From the NCBI GenBank assembly GCA_030583805.1, contig CP129476.1:1-51452 (forward strand): a stretch of DNA of 51,452 bases, written 5' to 3'. Position numbers and translations under genes: made by a program. This stretch comes from Patescibacteria group bacterium. Its GTDB lineage: Bacteria > Patescibacteriota > Patescibacteriia > SG8-24 > DYFX01. This document shows positions 38,943 through 49,746 of this stretch, one piece after another; position 1 is the first letter of the stretch; every line of letters starts with the position of its first letter. The notes beneath the pieces were generated by a model. That model was not told where the DNA came from. It did not search any database and saw nothing but the letters and a program-made list of their open reading frames with translations.

Positions 38943-40988
38943 ATGGACTTCAAGCTCCACGCACCATACGCACCGGCGGGGGATCAGCCGCAAGCGATTG
39001 ATAAGCTTGCGGCTGGCTTGTCGTCTGGAAAAAAGCTCCAAACCCTGCTCGGCGTGACCGGTTCGGGCAAAACCTACACGGTCGCCAACGTCATTCAGAA
39101 GATCCAGAAGCCGACGCTCGTGATCGCGCACAACAAGACCTTGGCCGCGCAGCTCTGCAACGAGTTCCGCGAATTTTTCCCGGAAAACGCCGTCGAGTAT
39201 TTTGTTTCCTACTACGACTACTACCAGCCGGAAGCCTACGTCCCTTCGAGCGACACCTACATCGAGAAGGAAGCGATGATCAACGAAGAGATCGACCGTC
39301 TCCGCCACGCGTCGACGCAGGCGCTGCTGACGCGCAAGGACGTGATTATCGTCGCTTCGGTGTCCTGCATCTACGGCTTGGGCGCGCCGGAGGAATACGA
39401 AAAGACCGTCCTGCATTTCAAGACGGGGGAGCGCCTGACGCGCGAAGACGTGCTGAAGCGTTTCATCGCCATGCAATTCGAGCGCACGACCGCCGACCTC
39501 ACGCGCGGCCACTTCCGCGTGCGCGGCGAGACGGTCGAGGTCATGCCGGTCAACGAGGAAATGATCTACCGCATCGAAACGGGGCTCGGACAGATCAACG
39601 GCATCTATAAGATCGATCCGGTCACGCGCAAGCGCGCCGAGCGCGTCGAGGACGTTTGGATTTTCCCGGCCAAGCACTTCATCACGAACGCCGAAGACCG
39701 CACGCGCGCCTTGGCGGCGATTGAGAAAGAATTGAAGGAGCAGCTCGAGAAGTTCCGCAAAGAAGGCAAGCTCCTCGAAGCCGAGCGGCTTGAGCGCCGC
39801 ACGCGCTTCGACATGGCGATGATGCGAGAGGTCGGCTACTGCCACGGCATCGAGAACTATTCGCAGATTCTCTCCGGCCGTCCGCCGGGCGCGCCGCCGG
39901 ACACGCTCTTGTCGTACTTCCCGAAAGACTACCTGATGGTCATCGACGAATCGCACGTGACGATTCCGCAAATCGGCGGCATGTCGGCCGGCGACGCCGC
40001 GCGCAAGAAAACGCTGATCGAATACGGTTTCCGCCTGCCGAGCGCCGCCGACAACCGCCCGCTCGCCTGGAAGGAATTCGAGAGCCGCATGCCGCAAGCG
40101 CTGCTCGTTTCGGCGACGCCGGGCAAATACGAATACGAACACAGCGACCAGATCGTCGAGCAGATCATCCGCCCGACCGGCCTTGTCGACCCGGAAGTCA
40201 TCGTGAAGCCGGTCACGGAAAGCCTGGATTCCGGCTACAAGGGCCAAGTCGAAGACTTGATCGAACGCATCAAGGGGCGCATCGAGAAAGACGAGCGCGT
40301 CATGGCGACGACGCTCACGAAGAAGATGGCGGAAGACCTCACCTCGTATCTGGAGTCGCTCAAGATCAAGGTGAAATACATTCACTCCGACGTCGAAACG
40401 CTCGACCGCATCCAGATCCTCCACGAGTTCCGTCGCGGCGTGTTCGACGTGCTGATCGGCGTGAACCTGCTGCGCGAGGGCCTCGACCTGCCGGAAGTTT
40501 CGCTGGTCGCGATCCTGGATGCTGACAAGGAAGGCTTCCTGCGCTCGGAGACGTCGCTGATCCAGACGATCGGCCGTGCCGCCCGTAACGTCGGCGGCCA
40601 AGTCGTGCTGTATGCCGACGGCGACACTGGCTCGCTCTCGCGCGCCATCAAGGAAACGAACCGCCGCCGCGAACGCCAGCTCGCCTACAACAAGGAACAC
40701 GGCATCACGCCGAAGACGATCAAGAAGTCGATCACCTCGATGTTCACCGAGATCGAGAAGTCGCGCGAGAAGGCCGCCAAGCGCAACCTGGAACTCGAAG
40801 CCAAGGCCGAGAAGCGGCCGATCGACGAAGTGCTGAAAGAAAAGGAAACGCAGATGCGCGAAGCCGCGAAATCGCTGGAATTCGAACTCGCCGCTCTTCT
40901 GCGCGACGAGATCCGTGAACTCAAGAAGAAACAGGCGGAAGCCGACAAGGCGCCGAAGAAACCCGCAAAGCCGCGCCGCGGACGCTAA
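38943..40988 (+). CDS. uvrB: Excinuclease ABC subunit B
   Basis: Starts MDFKLHAPYAPAGDQPQAI. Walker A GVTGSGKT, DESH box, C-terminal UVR motif ELAALLRDEI. Confidence 0.93.
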   Translation: MDFKLHAPYAPAGDQPQAIDKLAAGLSSGKKLQTLLGVTGSGKTYTVANVIQKIQKPTLVIAHNKTLAAQLCNEFREFFPENAVEYFVSYYDYYQPEAYVPSSDTYIEKEAMINEEIDRLRHASTQALLTRKDVIIVASVSCIYGLGAPEEYEKTVLHFKTGERLTREDVLKRFIAMQFERTTADLTRGHFRVRGETVEVMPVNEEMIYRIETGLGQINGIYKIDPVTRKRAERVEDVWIFPAKHFITNAEDRTRALAAIEKELKEQLEKFRKEGKLLEAERLERRTRFDMAMMREVGYCHGIENYSQILSGRPPGAPPDTLLSYFPKDYLMVIDESHVTIPQIGGMSAGDAARKKTLIEYGFRLPSAADNRPLAWKEFESRMPQALLVSATPGKYEYEHSDQIVEQIIRPTGLVDPEVIVKPVTESLDSGYKGQVEDLIERIKGRIEKDERVMATTLTKKMAEDLTSYLESLKIKVKYIHSDVETLDRIQILHEFRRGVFDVLIGVNLLREGLDLPEVSLVAILDADKEGFLRSETSLIQTIGRAARNVGGQVVLYADGDTGSLSRAIKETNRRRERQLAYNKEHGITPKTIKKSITSMFTEIEKSREKAAKRNLELEAKAEKRPIDEVLKEKETQMREAAKSLEFELAALLRDEIRELKKKQAEADKAPKKPAKPRRGR

Positions 40989-41000
40989 TCACCACAGACT

Positions 41001-43589
<2,589 letters not shown>

Positions 43590-43606
43590 AAAAACCGCGA
43601 CCGAAG

Positions 43607-44149
43607 TCACGGATGCGCAGCGAGATGCGGAGGCGTCACGAGCAGCGCCTGCTCGACCCGCGGGTCGGCATGGAGGCTCACGATCGTGGCGAGCCGGGTC
43701 GGCGCGAGGTTGAGCTCCTCGGCCGTTTGCAGGAACTCAGCCGTGAATGACCCGTTGCGGATCGTCTCGACGGAGAAGCGGGGATGCCGATGGGCCGCAA
43801 TCCGCCCGCCGCGTTCGACCTCATACGAGATCTCGACAAGCGTGTACGGCCACGTTCCGAAATACCCGTTCGCGGTCGGGATCTCGCGGAGCAGGACCTC
43901 TTTGGCCCTCGGACCGCGGCGCTCGCCATCGGAATAGTGGAGACGCGTGAAGAGCGCGTTGTCGCGGCGGCAGAGATCGTTGATCCAGATGCTGCGCAAG
44001 ATGACTGGTCCGAGACTGATGTACTGCTGGCAGTCCGGCGTGAGGCACGGCGCCCATCCGTGATAGGGCGGATGATACCGCTCGTCATCGCGCATGTGGA
44101 AGCGGTCGCCGATACTGGTCTGAATCGCGCGCGAAGGAAGTTTTGGCAA
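43607..44149 (-). CDS. Hypothetical protein Y (about 180 aa)
   Basis: TTG start 6 nt after AAGAGG. The ORF-track ATG at 44188 lies upstream of the predicted -10. ATG 44095 is an alternative start. No recognisable motif. Confidence 0.5.
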   Translation of the reverse strand: MPKLPSRAIQTSIGDRFHMRDDERYHPPYHGWAPCLTPDCQQYISLGPVILRSIWINDLCRRDNALFTRLHYSDGERRGPRAKEVLLREIPTANGYFGTWPYTLVEISYEVERGGRIAAHRHPRFSVETIRNGSFTAEFLQTAEELNLAPTRLATIVSLHADPRVEQALLVTPPHLAAHP

Positions 44150-44178
44150 GGAGCACCTCTTGATCGTTCGATGGTCGA

Positions 44179-44207
44179 GTTCTAGCATTCGACGACCGAC
44201 GCGTCAA
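44179..44207 (-). promoter_or_regulatory. Promoter TTGACG-N17-TAGAAC for gene Y
   Basis: Minus strand: ttgacg (44202-44207), 17-nt spacer, tagaac (44179-44184). Confidence 0.5.
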
Positions 44208-44210
44208 TAG

Positions 44211-44235
44211 AAAAAGCGCCGAACGAGGTCGGCGC
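44211..44235 (-). terminator. Intrinsic terminator after gene X
   Basis: Minus strand: gcgccga-cctcgt-tcggcgc followed by TTTTT. Confidence 0.7.
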
Positions 44236-44600
44236 TAGTTGGGCAGATGCATGTGCTTGACGATGCAGGCGACGATGAGCGCCTGCGACACGCGCAGGCG
44301 CTTCGCCAAGTGCTTGAGGCTCTCGGGGCGCCGGCCGTCGATCAGCTCCTGGACGTCGAAGGTGTGGTGCGTCCAGTGGACGAACTTGTTGGGCTTGTAG
44401 ACGCCCACCTCCACGTAGAGATGCTTGTCGCCGCCGTAGCCGTAGTCGAGGGTCACCACGCGACCCTTGGGCCGTCGGCACTCGGCGGTGATGTCGGCGG
44501 ACTTGATGATGAGCGGGTTCTGCTTCGGGCCCGGGAGCCGCGTGTCCCGGGTCTGGAAGTGCCTGTCCTCAGCGTTTCCGGTTGCCTGTTCGATGTGCAC
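44235..44600 (-). CDS. Hypothetical protein X (about 121 aa)
   Basis: GTG start 6 nt after GGAGG. The ORF-track start at 44642 lies upstream of the predicted -10 hexamer. Very high GC3, and every Lys codon I read is AAG. Confidence 0.55.
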   Translation of the reverse strand: MHIEQATGNAEDRHFQTRDTRLPGPKQNPLIIKSADITAECRRPKGRVVTLDYGYGGDKHLYVEVGVYKPNKFVHWTHHTFDVQELIDGRRPESLKHLAKRLRVSQALIVACIVKHMHLPN

Positions 44601-44632
44601 CTTGATCCTCCGTCTGAGTGAAGAGCGAGCAT

Positions 44633-44661
44633 TTTCTACCACGCAAAAGCCGTTTCGTCAA
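44633..44661 (-). promoter_or_regulatory. Promoter TTGACG-N17-TAGAAA for gene X
   Basis: Minus strand: ttgacg (44656-44661), 17-nt spacer, tagaaa (44633-44638). Confidence 0.5.
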
Positions 44662-44666
44662 GACCG

Positions 44667-44675
44667 TGCTATTAT
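44667..44675 (+). promoter_or_regulatory. Extended -10 element TGcTATTAT, 6 nt upstream of the uvrC ATG (probable leaderless mRNA)
   Basis: tgctattat tttccc ATG (44682). Confidence 0.45.
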
Positions 44676-44681
44676 TTTCCC

Positions 44682-45956
44682 ATGCGTTTGCCAGAAACTC
44701 TCAAGCTTAAAGAGGCCGAAATTCCGGAAAGCCCCGGCGTCTATTACATGAAGGATGCCGCCGGGAAAATTTTGTATGTCGGGAAAGCGGTCTCGCTCGC
44801 GCGCCGCATTCCGCAGTATTGGCAGCGGCCGCACGGCGAGCATATCGAAAAGATGGTGCCCTTGATCGCGGCAATCGATTGGCAGCTCGTGCCGACGGCG
44901 ATCGAGGCCTTGATCCTCGAAGCCAACGAGATCCGCAAGCTCAAGCCGCCGTACAACGTGATCGGCAAGGATGATTCGAGCTTCCTGCATCTTGCGATTA
45001 CCAACGAGCCGTTCCCGAAACCCGTCTTGATTCGCGGCTACGAGTTGGAAGCGACGCCGAAAAAGACGTTCAAGCACGTCTTCGGCCCGTACACCTCGTC
45101 AACCTCAATCCGCGCCGCGCTTGAACTCACGCGCAAGCTTTTTCATTGGTCCGATTGCCAGCCAAACCAGAAGCGCCCGTGCTTCTATTACCACATCAAG
45201 CTGTGCCCCGGCGTGTGCGTCGGCAAGATTTCGAAGCGCGACTATGCGAAAATCATCCGCCGCCTCGTGCTGTTTTTCGAAGGCAAAAAGACGCAAATTT
45301 TGAAAGAGACCGAGAAGCAGATGAAAGCGGCGGCCAAAGCGGAAAACTTCGAGGAAGCCGCCAAGCTTCGCAACCTTTCCTTCGCATTGACGCATATTCA
45401 GGATATTTCGGTGCTGAAGCGCGAAGACGATCCGCGTGAAGCGCGCGACCTCGGCATCAATGTCTTCGGACGCGTCGAAGCGTATGACATTTCGAATATC
45501 ATGGGGCAGCAGGCCGTCGCTTCCGGCGTCGTGTTCGTCGACGGCCTGCCGCGCAAGAGCCTCTACAAGAAATTCAAGATCAAGACCGTCGAAGGCGCGA
45601 ACGATATCGCGATGATGAAGGAAGTCCTGAGTCGGCGTTTTGCGCACGCCAAGCCAGGAGAAAAAAATGAAGAGTGGCGACTGCCCGACCTCCTCGTGAT
45701 CGACGGCGGCAGGGGACAAGTGAACGCCGCGATGGACGTGTTGCGGAGCTTGCATCTCAAGATCCCGACGATCGGTCTCGCGAAGGGGCCGGACCGCAAG
45801 CAGGACGTCATCGTCTACGGCGAGCGGACGCCGGAACTCGTCCGCGTCGTCACGCGCTACAAGAAAATCTTGCAGCACGCCCGCGACGAAGCGCATCGGT
45901 TCGCGGTCAGCTATCACCGGTTCAGACGCGACAAGAAGTTTCTCGGCAAATCGTAG
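44682..45956 (+). CDS. uvrC: Excinuclease ABC subunit C, short form (424 aa)
   Basis: GIY-YIG (GVYYMKD..ILYVGKA), UVR motif (ENFEEAAKLRN), RNase-H-like endonuclease domain (YDISN, DGGRGQ, EAHRFA). No C-terminal (HhH)2. Confidence 0.88.
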   Translation: MRLPETLKLKEAEIPESPGVYYMKDAAGKILYVGKAVSLARRIPQYWQRPHGEHIEKMVPLIAAIDWQLVPTAIEALILEANEIRKLKPPYNVIGKDDSSFLHLAITNEPFPKPVLIRGYELEATPKKTFKHVFGPYTSSTSIRAALELTRKLFHWSDCQPNQKRPCFYYHIKLCPGVCVGKISKRDYAKIIRRLVLFFEGKKTQILKETEKQMKAAAKAENFEEAAKLRNLSFALTHIQDISVLKREDDPREARDLGINVFGRVEAYDISNIMGQQAVASGVVFVDGLPRKSLYKKFKIKTVEGANDIAMMKEVLSRRFAHAKPGEKNEEWRLPDLLVIDGGRGQVNAAMDVLRSLHLKIPTIGLAKGPDRKQDVIVYGERTPELVRVVTRYKKILQHARDEAHRFAVSYHRFRRDKKFLGKS

Positions 45957-45957
45957 A

Positions 45958-45979
45958 CCGCTCCGCGAGGGGCGGTTTT
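45958..45979 (+). terminator. Intrinsic terminator after uvrC
   Basis: ccgctcc-gcga-ggggcgg followed by TTTT. Confidence 0.65.
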
Positions 45980-46008
45980 CTTATCCCCATTTCCGGTGGG
46001 GAACAGGG

Positions 46009-46037
46009 TTGCTAGGTGGTAGAAAGTGGGGTATAAT
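46009..46037 (+). promoter_or_regulatory. mraZ promoter TTGCTA-N17-TATAAT
   Basis: ttgcta 46009-46014, 17-nt spacer, tataat 46032-46037. Confidence 0.6.
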
Positions 46038-46062
46038 GGTTGCATCGTGGTAAGAAGTGGGG
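46015..46062 (+). promoter_or_regulatory. Two 17-nt direct repeats (GTGGTAnnAAGTGGGG) flanking the mraZ -10; candidate MraZ operator
   Basis: ggtggtagaaagtgggg at 46015-46031 and cgtggtaagaagtgggg at 46046-46062. An extra GTGGGG occurs at 45996. Confidence 0.5.
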
Positions 46063-46080
46063 AAAACACAAAAAACGACC

Positions 46081-46512
46081 ATGTTTATTGGCGAGTATCG
46101 GCATGCGATCGATGACAAAGGACGCCTCGCGATTCCGGTGAAGTTTCGCGGGGATCTTGAGTCTGGCGCCATCGTGACGCGCGGCCTCGACGGCTGCCTG
46201 TATGTCTACACGCCGGCCGAATGGCAGAAGCTGGCCAACAAGCTGGCGGCCATGCCGATGAGCCAGTCCAATTCCCGCGCCTTCGCCCGCCTCATGCTGG
46301 CCGGCGCCATGGACTGCGCGATCGACAAGCAGGGGAGGATCGTCCTGCCCGACTACCTGCGCGCCTACGCCGGTCTCAAAAAGAACGCGGTCGTGGCGGG
46401 CTTGTACAACCACCTCGAGCTCTGGGATGAGAAGGCTTGGAACGCCTACAAGCAGAAAACCGAGAAGGACTCCGGCGACATCGCCGAGCAGCTCGGTTCC
46501 CTCGGCGTGTAA
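46081..46512 (+). CDS. mraZ: Transcriptional regulator MraZ
   Basis: MFIGEYRHAIDDKGRLAIP and a second DKQGRIVLP SpoVT/AbrB-like repeat. Confidence 0.92.
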   Translation: MFIGEYRHAIDDKGRLAIPVKFRGDLESGAIVTRGLDGCLYVYTPAEWQKLANKLAAMPMSQSNSRAFARLMLAGAMDCAIDKQGRIVLPDYLRAYAGLKKNAVVAGLYNHLELWDEKAWNAYKQKTEKDSGDIAEQLGSLGV

Positions 46513-46514
46513 GT

Positions 46515-47399
46515 ATGCCCGGCCACATCCCGGTTCTCCTCGAAGAAGTCCTTTCGTACCTCGACCCGAAACCGAACGACAGCGTCATCGACGCGACCTT
46601 GGGCGGAGGCGGACACGCCTCGGCACTCCTGGAGGCCATCGCACCGAACGGTCGCCTCCTGGGGATCGAATGGGATGCGCGCACGTTGGAGGAGACTCGC
46701 AAGCGGCTCGAACGATTCGGCTCACGCGCCATGCTTATCCGCGGGAGCTATCGTGATCTTGAGCAGTTTGCGGGGGCGTGCGCCTTCCCGGAAGTCTCCG
46801 GCATCTTGTTCGACCTCGGCTACTCTTCGTTCCAGATCGACGACCCGGATCGCGGCTTCTCCTTCCGTTTCGACGCGCCGCTCGACATGCGGTACGACGT
46901 CTCGGGCGACCTGACCGCGGCCGACATCGTCAATACCTGGCCGAAAGAAGAGCTGATCCGCATCTTTCGCGACTACGGGGAAGAACGCGCCTCCGGCCGC
47001 ATGGTCGCCGCGATTCTCCAGGCCCGCGAGCACGTCTCGATCACCACGACCGCGCAGTTTGCCGCCATCATCGCTTCGGCCGTGCCGGAGCGGACGCGCT
47101 GGGGCAAGCCGAAGATCCATCCCGCGACGCAAGCCTTTCAAGCGCTGCGCATCGCCACGAATGACGAGCTCGGAAACGTGGAAGCTGTGCTGCCCCAGGC
47201 CGTCCGCCTGCTCAAGCCCGGAGGCCGGCTGGCCGTCATCAGCTTCCACTCGCTCGAAGACCGCATCGTCAAAAATTTCTTTGAAGCATCCGGGGAGCTC
47301 GAGGTACTGACGCCGAAGCCTGTCATGGCGGGGCGGAAGGAACTCGATGCCAACCCTCGCGCCCGTACCGCGAAGCTGCGGGTCGCGATGAAACGTTAA
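46515..47399 (+). CDS. rsmH: 16S rRNA (cytosine1402-N4)-methyltransferase RsmH
   Basis: HIPVLLEEV, DATLGGGGH, FDLGYSSFQID, SFHSLEDR. Confidence 0.92.
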   Translation: MPGHIPVLLEEVLSYLDPKPNDSVIDATLGGGGHASALLEAIAPNGRLLGIEWDARTLEETRKRLERFGSRAMLIRGSYRDLEQFAGACAFPEVSGILFDLGYSSFQIDDPDRGFSFRFDAPLDMRYDVSGDLTAADIVNTWPKEELIRIFRDYGEERASGRMVAAILQAREHVSITTTAQFAAIIASAVPERTRWGKPKIHPATQAFQALRIATNDELGNVEAVLPQAVRLLKPGGRLAVISFHSLEDRIVKNFFEASGELEVLTPKPVMAGRKELDANPRARTAKLRVAMKR

Positions 47400-47403
47400 A
47401 CCT

Positions 47404-47745
47404 ATGGCGCGCAAATTCCATCAACGGCACGTTCCGCACCCCGCGCGCAAAGCGCGAAGCGGTTCGCGTTCGAAGCCGCTTGCGCTGGTATTGGGGATTT
47501 TAGTCGTGCTGTTCGGCGCGGGCTATCTCGTGCAAATCAACATCGCTTCGTCGAAGGGGTACCAAATCCGCTCGTTGGAAAACCAGATTTCTGAATTGAA
47601 AGAGCAGCGCGCTCGGCTTGAACTGAAGGTGGCGCAAGAGCAGTCCGTTCAGGCCGTCGAGACGAAGGTCCAGGCGATGGGCATGGTGCCGACGCCGAAG
47701 GTCGACTACGTCGCCGTTACTGCGCCGACCGTCGCCCAGCGCTGA
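47404..47745 (+). CDS. FtsL-like cell-division protein
   Basis: Position after rsmH. Basic N-terminus, one TM, then a coiled coil (LENQISELKEQRARLELKV). Confidence 0.6.
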   Translation: MARKFHQRHVPHPARKARSGSRSKPLALVLGILVVLFGAGYLVQINIASSKGYQIRSLENQISELKEQRARLELKVAQEQSVQAVETKVQAMGMVPTPKVDYVAVTAPTVAQR

Positions 47746-47749
47746 TTTG

Positions 47750-47790
47750 AAAAAAAAGAAAAGGCCGGAACCTCACGGGTTCCGGTCTTT
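47750..47790. terminator. Bidirectional intrinsic terminator between ftsL-like and the convergent transferase gene
   Basis: A-run, ccggaacc-tcacg-ggttccgg hairpin, then a T-run. Confidence 0.75.
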
Positions 47791-48468
47791 GCGTTCGTGC
47801 CAGAGGAGTCTGGCGCGATAGCTTTGCGTGCCGAGTGAAATCAAGCCTAGCGCGGTTGCAATGACGAACAGGGCGTACGCCGCTTCCTCCAGCGGCGCGC
47901 CGGCGGTCAAGAAGACGAGCAGCGCGATCGTGAGAATCTCGCCGTAGACCTTGAACTTGCCCCAGAGGTTCGCTCCCAGTTGGATGTTCCAGCGCCACTC
48001 CGTGAGCGCTCGCAGCGCGGTGAGGGCGAGCGCAATGCCCGCGGCTATCCAGATGAGGGCGTGCGGGAGCAGTCCGCGTCCCAGGGGGACAATCGCGGCG
48101 AAATAGCGGATCTTATCGATGAACGGATCGAGCATCTTGCCGCGTTCCGTCGGTCCGAGCCTGAACCATTCGCTTCGATGGCTGCGGAGATCAAGCCGCC
48201 CGGCTGCATGCAGACGCAGCTGATACCGCGCCAGAGCGCCGTCGAGCCAGTCGATAACCGAGCTGACCGCGAACAGGACGGCGCCCCAGAAGATGAACCC
48301 GGAGCCGAACGCGAGGAACATCGGGCAACTCAGGAGCGCGCCGAACAACGTCACGGCGTTCGGCGGGATGCGGGCGAGCCATCCGGCTTGCCGCAGCACG
48401 CCGTCCGAAAATTGCGCCGCTCCGTCGAACTCGCTTTTCTCGTACCAAGGCGTGTTGGGTTCGCTCAA
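47773..48468 (-). CDS. CDP-alcohol phosphatidyltransferase family protein
   Basis: TTG start 6 nt after AAGGAG. Motif DWLDGALAR ... GKMLDPFIDK, with an unusually long gap between AR and G. Confidence 0.7.
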   Translation of the reverse strand: MSEPNTPWYEKSEFDGAAQFSDGVLRQAGWLARIPPNAVTLFGALLSCPMFLAFGSGFIFWGAVLFAVSSVIDWLDGALARYQLRLHAAGRLDLRSHRSEWFRLGPTERGKMLDPFIDKIRYFAAIVPLGRGLLPHALIWIAAGIALALTALRALTEWRWNIQLGANLWGKFKVYGEILTIALLVFLTAGAPLEEAAYALFVIATALGLISLGTQSYRARLLWHERKDRNP

Positions 48469-48601
48469 AGGAAGCTCCTTTGCCGCACAGCGGCTTCTCT
48501 GTATACCTCGCCCCTGGCATTTTGACAAGATGATAACGATGTGTCGTAGTGGAGGCACGAAGTCGAGCGGCCCGGCGACGGCGCCGCTCCAGGAGGATCC
48601 C

Positions 48602-48889
48602 GTGAAACCCGATCGATTCCATGAGCTGCAGAGTCTCTACCCGGACGGTCGACGCGTCAGGATCCTCCCGAAATCCGAGGGGGTCCGCGCGAAGATTCCG
48701 GAGGGCGTGACCGAAGGCCTTGTCCGCGGCGTCGTGCCTATGCCCGCCATTTCCGAAGCGCCCGACCAGGACGCGCCGCCGATCGAACGCTACGGCGTTG
48801 TCGTCGAGTTCGAACTCCCGTCCGGCAAGACCGATCAGATCATTCTCGACTTCGACGACGTTGAAGTCCTGCCTCACGGCTCTCCGTGA
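48602..48889 (+). CDS. Small hypothetical protein (95 aa)
   Basis: GTG start 5 nt after AGGAGGA. A terminator overlaps the stop. TTGACA lies at 48522, but the -10 is weak. Confidence 0.5.
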   Translation: MKPDRFHELQSLYPDGRRVRILPKSEGVRAKIPEGVTEGLVRGVVPMPAISEAPDQDAPPIERYGVVVEFELPSGKTDQIILDFDDVEVLPHGSP

Positions 48890-48897
48890 GGTTTTTT
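48872..48897 (+). terminator. Intrinsic terminator
   Basis: cctcacgg-ctct-ccgtgagg followed by TTTTTT. Confidence 0.8.
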
Positions 48898-48903
48898 AAA
48901 AAT

Positions 48904-48930
48904 AAAAAAGCCATCGTCAGAGGCGATGGC
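48904..48930 (-). terminator. Intrinsic terminator for the 48917-49687 gene
   Basis: Minus strand: gccatcg-loop-cgatggc followed by TTTTTT. Confidence 0.7.
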
Positions 48931-49687
48931 GCCGAAAGAAAGCTTGTCGCTGCTTCGTGAGCACGCTCATGCTGGTCGCGCAGCTCGGGCAATAGAGGAA
49001 GGGGAGATGCTGATCCTCGTCATCCACGAAGTTTGCGTACGGTCTCGGGCGATGCGGATCGGAAAAGCGCACGCGTCCGGCGACGAGCGTCGCGTGCGCC
49101 ATCCAGGCGCAGCACAGCGGCGGTTCGTCTTCGGACCCCGCCCAAGCAATGACGGGAATCGATGGATCCATCTTGTACCCGTCGAACGGGCAGACGCGGA
49201 TCGCCAGACGCATCAGTCCGCGCACTTGCTGTTCGGCCGTCAGTTTCCGGACGATCGGTTCGCGCTCCGACATTCCCGGACGGAGCATGAGGAATCGCCC
49301 GTCGTCGCTGCCGGTGAAGACCTTGCCGATGGCTTCGTCGAAGCCGCTGCACCAGCACACGTCGGGCTGCGGCTGCTTGAGAAGCCGGATGATCTCTTCA
49401 GAGAGAAAGAACGCGTCCCGCTCCGTCGGGATCGTCGCGTTTTGCGGCAGTTCGATCGTGACGGCGCGCGAGGACGCGCCTTCGCCTTCTGACACGGTGA
49501 TCTCCGGGAAGAGATCGCTGTCGTCGTCATCGTGCGGCACGGGCGGAGGCGTCGGTATGGTGTCGCGCTTGGGTCGCGGCCGATGGAACGCGTATCCTCC
49601 CGGCGAATCCGTCGGGGTCGGTACGAGCTGCGCGGCCTTTTCGATCTCAAGCGGCCCCAGCGGCGCCATGGTCGTGCGTCGAGACAT
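48917..49687 (-). CDS. Hypothetical Cys-rich protein (256 aa)
   Basis: AGGAG SD 6 nt before the ATG. Cys motifs CWC, CPFDG, LCC and CPSC. Acidic, disordered N-terminus. Confidence 0.6.
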   Translation of the reverse strand: MSRRTTMAPLGPLEIEKAAQLVPTPTDSPGGYAFHRPRPKRDTIPTPPPVPHDDDDSDLFPEITVSEGEGASSRAVTIELPQNATIPTERDAFFLSEEIIRLLKQPQPDVCWCSGFDEAIGKVFTGSDDGRFLMLRPGMSEREPIVRKLTAEQQVRGLMRLAIRVCPFDGYKMDPSIPVIAWAGSEDEPPLCCAWMAHATLVAGRVRFSDPHRPRPYANFVDDEDQHLPFLYCPSCATSMSVLTKQRQAFFRRHRL

Positions 49688-49746
49688 GAAGGTCTCCTGG
49701 CGTATGGGTGGTATCGGCTCCCCGAGCTTGCGATGGCCGACCGCGC

